From NCBI GenBank assembly GCA_964626665.1, contig CAZVGK010000054.1, positions 1,895 to 12,714 on the forward strand: a stretch of DNA of 10,820 bases. The letters are read 5' to 3'. The DNA is from an uncultured Gemmatimonadota bacterium (GTDB lineage: Bacteria > SM23-81 > DAOVCL01). The translations under genes were made by a program, and so were the position numbers. How positions within the stretch are numbered: the first letter of the stretch is position 1; each line of letters starts with the position of its first letter. Positions 1 through 5,874 of the stretch are shown here, piece after piece. The notes below the pieces were generated by a model. It was not told the origin of the DNA. It saw nothing but the letters and a program-made list of their open reading frames with translations, and did no database searches.

Positions 1-638
1 ATGCGGACTTCGTGGCCGTTACCGGGGGCGACTGGCACAGCCTGGGCCTGAAATCCGATGGGACCATCGTGGCCTGGGGTTACAACTCCGTGGGCCAGTG
101 CAATGTGCCTGCGCCCAATGCGGACTTCGTGGCCGTTACCGGGGGCGACTGGCACAGCCTGGGCCTGAAATCTGATAGCACCATCGTGGCCTGGGGTTAC
201 AACTACTATGGCCAGTGCAATGTGCCTGCGCCCAATGCGGACTTCGTGGCCGTTGCCGCGGGAGCGTATCACGGCCTGGGCCTGAAATCCGATGGCACCA
301 TCGTGGCCTGGGGTTACAACTACTATGGCCAGTGCGATGTGCCCCCGCCCAATGCGAACTTTGTCGCCGTTGCCGCGGGAGCGTATTACAGCCTGGGGTT
401 GAAATCCGATGGGACGATTGTGGCCTGGGGGGACAACGACGCTGGCCAGTGCGGGGTGCCTGCGCCCAATGCGAACTTCGTGGCCGTCGCCGCGGGCTAT
501 GAGCACAGCCTGGGGTTGAAGTCCGATGGGACCATCGTAGCCTGGGGGGACAACAACTATGGCCAGTGCAATGTGCCTGCGCCCAATGCGGACTTCGTGG
601 CCGTTGCCGCGGGTGGGTTGCACAGCCTGGGGTTGAAG
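1..638 (+). repeat. Intragenic tandem repeat, 117-bp period, about 5.5 copies visible
   Basis: Bases 1-55 recur exactly at 118-172, and the period continues at about 235, 352, 469 and 586. Confidence 0.95.
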
Positions 639-1229
639 ACTTCATCCAGTGATACGATGCCCCCATCTAAGGTAACCAACCTTCAGGCCACAGTGACGGA
701 TACCAGCATAAATCTGGTATGGACGCCAGCGACTGATAATGTTGGGGTCCATCACTACATAGTCTATAGGGATACAATCAGTGGTTTCACACCTGAGCCT
801 GGCGATTCCATTGCTGCCCCAAGTGATACCGTTTATATTGACAAAGACTTCCAGCCAGGGGTTGTCTATTACTATAGAGTCTCCGCAGTGGACTTTTCTG
901 GAAACGAAGGAGAATGTTCGGATCAAGCCAGTGGCGTTCACAGTAACAAGACTATTGAGCTGCCCCATATTTTCCTACTATTTCAAAATTATCCTAATCC
1001 CTTTAATCCGGTGACTGAGATCAAATATACCTTGTCCAGGGATTGCTGGGTTAAGCTTGGCATTTTCAATGTCTCTGGCCAAGAAGTGGCCATTTTAGTT
1101 GACGAGGTGCAAACGGCTGGATATAGGACCGTGAGATGGAATGCAGGTTCGCTCTCCAGCGGGATATACTTCTGTAGGTTAAAGGCTGGTGATTTTGTGC
1201 AGACAAGGAAGATGGTTCTACTGAGATAG
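1..1229 (+). CDS. 5'-truncated secreted protein: RCC1/BLIP-II-like beta-propeller repeats, fibronectin type III domain and T9SS-type C-terminal sorting domain
   Basis: The frame is open from the window edge. It contains 39-aa repeats (FVAVAAGxxHSLGLKSDGTIVAWGxNxxGQCNVPAPNAD), an FN3-like segment (DTMPPSKVTNL...LVWTPATDNVGVHHYIVYR...YYYRVSAVDFSGNEG) and a C-terminal QNYPNPFNP...SGIYFCRL...TRKMVLLR. Confidence 0.9.
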   Translation, partial: ADFVAVTGGDWHSLGLKSDGTIVAWGYNSVGQCNVPAPNADFVAVTGGDWHSLGLKSDSTIVAWGYNYYGQCNVPAPNADFVAVAAGAYHGLGLKSDGTIVAWGYNYYGQCDVPPPNANFVAVAAGAYYSLGLKSDGTIVAWGDNDAGQCGVPAPNANFVAVAAGYEHSLGLKSDGTIVAWGDNNYGQCNVPAPNADFVAVAAGGLHSLGLKTSSSDTMPPSKVTNLQATVTDTSINLVWTPATDNVGVHHYIVYRDTISGFTPEPGDSIAAPSDTVYIDKDFQPGVVYYYRVSAVDFSGNEGECSDQASGVHSNKTIELPHIFLLFQNYPNPFNPVTEIKYTLSRDCWVKLGIFNVSGQEVAILVDEVQTAGYRTVRWNAGSLSSGIYFCRLKAGDFVQTRKMVLLR

Positions 1230-1278
1230 AGATGAGAGACCGCCCCCACCCTGAGGTGGGCTTACAGTTGGCAGCTAT

Positions 1279-1309
1279 AAAGGGAGGAGAGACCAGGCTC
1301 CTCCCTTTT
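1279..1309 (+). terminator. Intrinsic terminator after the RCC1-repeat gene
   Basis: Stem AAAGGGAGGAG (1279-1289) / CTCCTCCCTTT (1298-1308) running into a T-rich tail. A small hairpin CCCACC-CTGA-GGTGGG lies upstream at 1245-1260. Confidence 0.75.
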
Positions 1310-1364
1310 CTATTTGGCTCCTTGGAATGTAGTGGGTTTCAGCCAGATTATCCTCAAAACTTCC

Positions 1365-1393
1365 TTGACAGTCTTCTGGAGAATGGCTATATT
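1365..1393 (+). promoter_or_regulatory. Putative sigma70 promoter
   Basis: TTGACA (1365-1370), 17-nt spacer, TATATT (1388-1393). Confidence 0.65.
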
Positions 1394-1629
1394 GGTATGT
1401 AGTTGGGGTAAAGAGGATCTTAAGGAAACGAGAACTAAAGCTCCCTCTGCATCACCATCCCCAATTCTCTAAATTTGCCTGACAGGACAAACAGAATTTA
1501 TGGGATTCCTCCAAGGAAACGCTGATCATTTTGTCTATCCCCTCTAAAAAAAAGAAGTTCGTTGCTATTAAATCTGAATGGGGTCCCCGAAATCCTGTTT
1601 GAAAATCAAACACAGAAAGGAGATAAACA

Positions 1630-1851
1630 ATGCGGGTGAAGGATATTCCTGAAATCGCCCAGCTAAGTGCACCGGAAAAGATCCTGTTGATTGAGGAACT
1701 ATGGGACAGCATTGCTGTGGACCAATCGAGTGTGCCTGTTCTTTCCAGCCATATCGAGGAACTGAAAAGGCGGCTAAAAAGCTACGAGTCCAAACCAGGT
1801 AATCTTCTCTCCCTTGAGGAACTCCAGGCAAGTGTAAAGAAGAGCAAATGA
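1630..1851 (+). CDS. Addiction-module antitoxin component (TIGR02574 / Unstab_antitox-like)
   Basis: 73 aa with the family pattern LSxxEKILLIEELWDSI...H.EEL.RRL..Y.....LSLEEL. SD AAAGGAG upstream. The stop overlaps a toxin-like start (ATGA at 1848-1851). Confidence 0.85.
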   Translation: MRVKDIPEIAQLSAPEKILLIEELWDSIAVDQSSVPVLSSHIEELKRRLKSYESKPGNLLSLEELQASVKKSK

Positions 1852-1929
1852 CCCATACCCTACGCTTCCTGCCAGAAGTGAAGGAAGATGCCCTTTAGAG
1901 TGAAACTTCGGGACAGAAATGAGCCATAA
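1848..1929 (+). pseudogene. Internally deleted RelE/ParE-family toxin remnant
   Basis: The coupled ATG gives MTHTLRFLPEVKEDAL* (1848-1898), a typical ParE N-terminus. It is followed in another frame by RVKLRDRNEP* (stop 1927-1929), which resembles a basic toxin C-terminal tail. The central part is missing. Confidence 0.7.
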
Positions 1930-1933
1930 AATC

Positions 1934-2005
1934 AGCTAACAAGACGCCACACCTGACTACTATTTTGCTGGTGTTTTGTAGGACAGGTGAACTTAGACAC
2001 TATAA
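1934..2005 (+). other. Degenerate integron attC-like recombination site
   Basis: Starts 5 nt after the toxin stop: R'' AGCTAAC (1934-1940), 5-nt spacer, L'' GCCACACC, inverted CACCTG (1950-1955) / CAGGTG (1984-1989), L' GGTGAAC (1986-1992), 6-nt spacer, then ACTATAA (1999-2005) where GTTRRRY is expected. Confidence 0.6.
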
Positions 2006-2067
2006 GGATTAGGCCTTAGCCCTACCCGCATGAGGGGTTGGATTCTGAGGCAACTAACGGCTATAAA

Positions 2068-2098
2068 GGGGAGGAGATAATAGGCTCCTCCCTTTTTT
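2068..2098 (+). terminator. Intrinsic terminator, paralogous to 1279-1309
   Basis: GGGAGGAG (2069-2076) / CTCCTCCC (2085-2092) followed by TTTTTT. Confidence 0.8.
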
Positions 2099-2165
2099 AA
2101 TTCCTTGGCCCTTCAGAGGGTGGTAACCTTGTTGGCATCTCAGTCAGATTCCTGTGAACAACGAC

Positions 2166-2194
2166 TTGACAGAGACCTTGCCAGATATTAAATT
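2166..2194 (+). promoter_or_regulatory. Putative sigma70 promoter, probably for tRNA-Sec
   Basis: TTGACA (2166-2171), 17-nt spacer, TAAATT (2189-2194). Confidence 0.6.
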
Positions 2195-2201
2195 AGGTCA
2201 G

Positions 2202-2383
2202 ACCTCCCCCTGGTATAATTAGGACGCAGATTTTCGCAGATAACCGCAGAAAGTTAAAATCTTGACAATCGGCGTTTATCTGCGTCCCAAAAAGGAATTT
2301 CCTATGCTTTAAACTTCACTCAAAAAACGCCACTTTTTGTATCGGTGATATTCGGTGTTTCCCTGTAATTGGAGATTGTATAG
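2202..2383. repeat. Palindromic intergenic element, candidate AG-bounded insert
   Basis: Perfect inverted repeat GGACGCAGAT (2222-2231) / ATCTGCGTCC (2278-2287). CGCAGA recurs three times at a 10-nt period. It ends AGATTGTATAG, similar to AGATTGTAG near the end of insert 5684-5870. Boundaries are inferred. Confidence 0.55.
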
Positions 2384-2431
2384 ATCTTCTCCATCACCTT
2401 AGAGGAAAGGGAACTATAAGGTAGTCATTGC

Positions 2432-2532
2432 GGGAGTGGAAGGGGTGCTGGTGTCCTCCCTGGACTTCAAATCCAGAGGTGCCCATCCAAGGGGACGGGC
2501 ATGGTGGGTTCGATTCCCATCCGCTCCCGCCA
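2432..2532 (+). tRNA. selC: tRNA-Sec (anticodon UCA)
   Basis: 8-bp acceptor GGGAGTGG/CCGCTCCC, discriminator G plus encoded CCA, 6-bp D stem with one bulge and TGGT loop, anticodon arm CTGGA-CTTCAAA-TCCAG (TCA at 2467-2469), long variable arm (2479-2502), 5-bp T stem GTGGG-TTCGATT-CCCAT. This is the canonical bacterial 8/5 fold. Confidence 0.97.
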
Positions 2533-2557
2533 ATGAAGGGATGCGGGGAGAAATGGC

Positions 2558-2586
2558 TTGACTTGGATTTCTCCCATTGATATGTT
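2558..2586 (+). promoter_or_regulatory. Putative sigma70 promoter with extended -10 for the aminotransferase-folB operon
   Basis: TTGACT (2558-2563), 17-nt spacer, TG-a-TATGTT (2578-2586). It overlaps inverted repeat GGGAGAAAT (2546-2554) / ATTTCTCCC (2567-2575). Confidence 0.5.
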
Positions 2587-2594
2587 TGACCGAG

Positions 2595-3731
2595 ATGCGT
2601 AGGCAAATCATCGTGGAAAGGGCAACAAGGGTGCACCGGCTTCCTCCCTCTTTTCTTCTCCAGGTGGAGAACATATTAAGAAGGGCCAAACTAAGGGGGA
2701 AAGAGGTGCTGGATCTGGCCAGATGTGAGGACCCAGACTGGGATTTTCCCTTAGGGGACAAGCCGTTGGCCGAGCCTCAGGTCCGCCAGGAGATCGGGGG
2801 GATGCTGCGGGAACAGAGGGGGGTAATCCTACGCCCTCAAAGCGAGATCCTCCCCCTGCCAGATCTGAGGCAGGGCCTGATCCTCCTCCCCCTGGCCCTT
2901 TTAGACCCTGGGGATAAGGTCCTCCTCCCTGATCTGGCCAATCCCCTCTATCGGGTGGGCATCGCCCTTAGCGGGGCAGCAATAGAGACCTATCCCCTCT
3001 GGGAGAGAAACGACTACCTCCCCAACCTCGGCCAATTAGAGAAGCTCTCCTCAGGGGCTAAACTCCTCATCTTGAACTACCCCCACAACCCTACAGGGGC
3101 AGTGGCTGATCCAGCTTTTTTTAAGGAATTGATCGGTTTTGCCCAGGCCCATAATCTCTTTGTTTTAAATGACTTCACCTATGGGGGATGGAGCTCTAAT
3201 ACTGCTTCCAGCCTTTTGGAGCTCTCCGGAGCTAAAGGAATAGGAGGGGAGATAGGAGCTTTTCTCCCTCCCGGAGACTTCCTCTCCCCACAGCCTGGCT
3301 ATCTGGCCGGAAACAGGGAGTTGGTCTCTGCCCTGGGGACCCTGCTTCGCGAGTTCTCCCCTTCCCTTGCGGGTCCGCTCCTCAGGTTTTCCTGGGAGAC
3401 CCTGAGGAACTATGATTTAGGGAAGAAGGCAAGCTCCTTTATCTCTGAGAGGGTCGATCTAATCTCTGAGGAGCTCTATAGGTGGGGGTGGCGGTTTCGC
3501 AGGCCAGTGGTTACCCCCTTTTTATGGCTGCAAACCCCCGGCCGTTATACCTCCCGCGGATTTGCCCATTCCCTCTTCCGCCGGTTCCGCATCCTGGTAG
3601 TTCCTGGACCGACTTATGGGGAGAAAGGGGAGGGCTTTCTGCGGATCTCCCTTACCCCTCCCCCCAAGATAATAGGGGAAGCTATCTCCTCCCTTCATAT
3701 GGGCCGGAGGGTGCACCGCCGCAGACCTTAA
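2595..3731 (+). CDS. Class I/II PLP-dependent aminotransferase homolog (LL-DAP aminotransferase/AlaC-like) lacking the catalytic Lys
   Basis: Motifs LLDPGDKVLLPD..NP.Y, LNYPHNPTGAVA, LNDFTY and VPG..YGEKGEGFLRISL are present. The SxSK...GxRxG motif is replaced by AFLPPGDFLSPQPG. ATG 2595 is preferred over TTG 2577, which lies inside the promoter. Confidence 0.85.
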   Translation: MRRQIIVERATRVHRLPPSFLLQVENILRRAKLRGKEVLDLARCEDPDWDFPLGDKPLAEPQVRQEIGGMLREQRGVILRPQSEILPLPDLRQGLILLPLALLDPGDKVLLPDLANPLYRVGIALSGAAIETYPLWERNDYLPNLGQLEKLSSGAKLLILNYPHNPTGAVADPAFFKELIGFAQAHNLFVLNDFTYGGWSSNTASSLLELSGAKGIGGEIGAFLPPGDFLSPQPGYLAGNRELVSALGTLLREFSPSLAGPLLRFSWETLRNYDLGKKASSFISERVDLISEELYRWGWRFRRPVVTPFLWLQTPGRYTSRGFAHSLFRRFRILVVPGPTYGEKGEGFLRISLTPPPKIIGEAISSLHMGRRVHRRRP

Positions 3732-3735
3732 AAAA

Positions 3736-3895
3736 TTTAGCCGCGAGCCTCTATTCATAACAACGAATAGAATGGCTTTGGATGACCAATAGCTGAGCGG
3801 TCAGATCCCTGATCTGATGGTGGCAGAACAGGGGTTCTGCCACCTCACTCCCCAAGATCCTTTTCCTGGTCTGCGGCGAAACTTCGCTAATTGAG
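3736..3895. repeat. Multi-hairpin intergenic element upstream of folB
   Basis: Stems TCTATTC/GAATAGA (3750-3771), TCAGATC/GATCTGA (3801-3817) and perfect 11-bp GGTGGCAGAAC/GTTCTGCCACC (3819-3844), closed by GCCGC (3740-3744) / GCGGC (3873-3877). Confidence 0.6.
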
Positions 3896-3903
3896 GAGGC
3901 AAG

Positions 3904-4257
3904 ATGGATATAATAAGGTTGCAAAATATGTCCTTTTATGGATACCACGGCCTCTCTGCTGCCGAGAGGGAGACCGGCCGCAGGTATGAGGTGGATGTGG
4001 AACTCCACCGGGACGTGACCGCTGCCGCCCAGACGGACAGGCTGCAGAATACAATTGACTATCGCCGGGTCTATACCATTGTGGAACAGGTGCTCACCGG
4101 CGAGGAGCATCACCTTTTGGAGGCGATAGCTGAGGCTATCGCCGACCGGATGGTGGCCGATTTTCAGGTCGATCAGGTGGTAGTGCGGGTGCGCAAGAGA
4201 ATGCCCCCCATCCCTGGCAACCTCGACTTCATTGAGATAGAGGTGACGAGGCCTTGA
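3904..4257 (+). CDS. folB: Dihydroneopterin aldolase
   Basis: MDIIRL..M.FYGYHG...ERETGRRYEVDVEL...D.L..TIDY...LLEAIAE.IA...VRVRK..PP. SD GAGGAGG at 3893-3899. Confidence 0.96.
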   Translation: MDIIRLQNMSFYGYHGLSAAERETGRRYEVDVELHRDVTAAAQTDRLQNTIDYRRVYTIVEQVLTGEEHHLLEAIAEAIADRMVADFQVDQVVVRVRKRMPPIPGNLDFIEIEVTRP

Positions 4258-4263
4258 CCATAG

Positions 4264-4573
4264 TGCTCTATTACATAATTAGGGTGACGTATTTTGAGAA
4301 GTCAGCAAGGTTAACGATGTAAATGGTAGCCGTGAGTTAAAATCCGAAGCAAGAAACTCGAAATACAAAACAATACCACCTGTCTGCGTGATCCGCACAG
4401 GCAGGAATGACCAAAATTCAAATGTGCAAAACAAGTCCTGTTTCGGTCATTTGGATTTAGAATTTGTTTCGCTATTCGGATTTCGGATTTGCTTAACCCT
4501 AAGTCATCTAAAAGTTATGTAGGTTAACTTTCTCCAGTGATACGTAACAGAACTTATGAAACGCACCACTTAG
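4264..4573. mobile_element. 310-nt nested palindromic insert interrupting the 5' end of folK
   Basis: Flanked by TAGT direct repeats (4261-4264, 4571-4574). Imperfect inverted repeat 4265-4277/4541-4553, inner AAATCCGAA (4340-4348)/TTCGGATTT (4482-4490), AATGACC/GGTCATT, and a small palindrome at 4379-4405. Removal gives TTG ACC ATA GTC TAC TTA GGG. Confidence 0.75.
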
Positions 4574-5061
4574 TCTACTTAGGGATGGGCTCCAACTTAG
4601 GGCCCAGGGAGAAACAGCTAAAAAGGGCAATAGGGGAGCTTGCCTCCCTTCCCCAGACGGAGGTTCTTAACCTCTCCTCTCTCTATGAAACTGAGCCGGT
4701 GGGGGTAAAGGAGCAACCTCTGTTCCTCAACCTTGTCATGGTTCTCCGCACCGAAATCCCCCCGGAGGAGCTTCTCCAGCAGCTCAAGGGGATTGAGTCC
4801 CGGATGGGCAGGGGGAAGGGGCGGAGGTGGGGGCCCCGGCCAATCGACCTGGATATCCTCCTCTATGACCACCTGATCCTTAACTCTCCCGGGCTGATTA
4901 TCCCCCATCCCAGAATGCACCAGAGGCTGTTTGTCCTTCTTCCCTTGGCCGAGCTGGCCCCCCAACTTATCCATCCGGTATTGGGAAAGAGGATAGGGCA
5001 GTTAGCAAAGGGGCTCTCCCCGCAGGAGGTGGTCAGATGGAAAGGAAAGCTTTATGCCTGA
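4537..5061 (+). CDS. folK: 2-amino-4-hydroxy-6-hydroxymethyldihydropteridine diphosphokinase (HPPK)
   Basis: VYLGMGSNLG, SSLYETEPVG, FLN, IESRMGR, RWGPRPIDLDILLY, IPHPRMHQRLFVLLPLAE. GTG 4537 lies inside the insert and has no SD; the ancestral start is probably TTG 4254. Confidence 0.96.
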   Translation: MIRNRTYETHHLVYLGMGSNLGPREKQLKRAIGELASLPQTEVLNLSSLYETEPVGVKEQPLFLNLVMVLRTEIPPEELLQQLKGIESRMGRGKGRRWGPRPIDLDILLYDHLILNSPGLIIPHPRMHQRLFVLLPLAELAPQLIHPVLGKRIGQLAKGLSPQEVVRWKGKLYA

Positions 5062-5707
5062 GCCTCGTCACCTGGGTATTGAGGGGGTCATTGGAGTGGG
5101 AAAGACCAGCTTAGCCAAGCTCTTGGCCCAAAGGAGAGGGGCTAAGCTTGTCCTGGAGGAGGTGGAGGAGAACCCCTTCCTGGAGGGTTTCTATGCGGAT
5201 GCCGAGAGGTATGCCTTTCAGACTCAGATCTTCTTCCTACTCAGTCGCTACCGCCAACTTAGCAGCCTCTTTCAGGAAGAGCTCTTTCAGCGGGGGGTGG
5301 TGAGTGATTACATCTTGGCCAAGGACAAGATATTTGCCTACCTCAACCTCAACGACAACGAACTCTTCCTCTACAACAGGCTCTACCCCCTCCTGGAAGA
5401 TAAGGTCCCTCAGCCAGACCTGGTCATCTACCTGCAGGCCAATACCGATTTCCTGATGGGCCGCATAAAGGAGAGGGGAAGACCCTTTGAGCGAGCCATA
5501 TCCAGGGATTATATAGATTCCCTCAACCAGGCTTACAATCATTTCTTCTTCCATTATGACCAGACCCCCCTACTTGTGGTGAAGGTTGCCGGCTTGGATT
5601 TTATCAACAGGGCTGAGGACTTAGAATGGTTCTTAGGGGAGATCGGTAACCCCCCGGCAGGGACAAGGTATATAACCGCCCAGCGCGGCGAAGCCGCAAC
5701 CAAATAA
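5054..5707 (+). CDS. dgk: Deoxynucleoside kinase (Dgk/Dck family)
   Basis: P-loop IEGVIGVGKTSLA, E.VEENPFL..FY, AFQTQIFFLLSRY.Q, PDLVIYLQA, RIKERGRPFE. 8-nt overlap with folK (ATGCCTGA). The last 7 codons and the stop come from the downstream insert. Confidence 0.92.
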   Translation: MPEPRHLGIEGVIGVGKTSLAKLLAQRRGAKLVLEEVEENPFLEGFYADAERYAFQTQIFFLLSRYRQLSSLFQEELFQRGVVSDYILAKDKIFAYLNLNDNELFLYNRLYPLLEDKVPQPDLVIYLQANTDFLMGRIKERGRPFERAISRDYIDSLNQAYNHFFFHYDQTPLLVVKVAGLDFINRAEDLEWFLGEIGNPPAGTRYITAQRGEAATK

Positions 5708-5870
5708 TTCACCGCAAAGTCGCAAAGGACGCAAAGTCTAAAGATTTTTAACTAATCGCTTTATTTCATTTCCCTTTTGCTTTTTATTTCCTCCGCGATC
5801 TCAGAGGCTTTGCGGTTGGTACGAAAAACTTTGTAAAAAAAACAAGATATTGCAAGATTGTAGTACTAAG
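5684..5870. mobile_element. 187-nt palindromic insert in the 3' end of dgk, same family as 7544-7888
   Basis: Follows CCCAG and starts with hairpin GCGGC-GAA-GCCGC (5685-5697). Inner inverted repeat ACCGCAAAG (5711-5719) / CTTTGCGGT (5808-5816). Both ends are homologous to 7544-7888. Ends in AG. Confidence 0.75.
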
Positions 5871-5874
5871 GAAG

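Noticed and set aside
1-638. Diversity-generating retroelement variable region (AAC/TAC/GAC codon variation in the repeats)
   Set aside because: No reverse transcriptase or template repeat in the window. Several variable codons (TGG, GCG, GAG, TTG, GTG) do not fit adenine-only mutagenesis of AAY codons.
1394-1620. attI site or small gene upstream of the antitoxin
   Set aside because: No convincing GTTRRRY core arrangement, integrase or credible ORF. Left unassigned.
2432-2532. Archaeal/eukaryal-type 9/4 fold for tRNA-Sec (A2440 could pair with T2520)
   Set aside because: The bacterial 8/5 fold with a bulged 6-bp D stem needs no mismatches, whereas 9/4 forces a T-C mismatch in the D stem.
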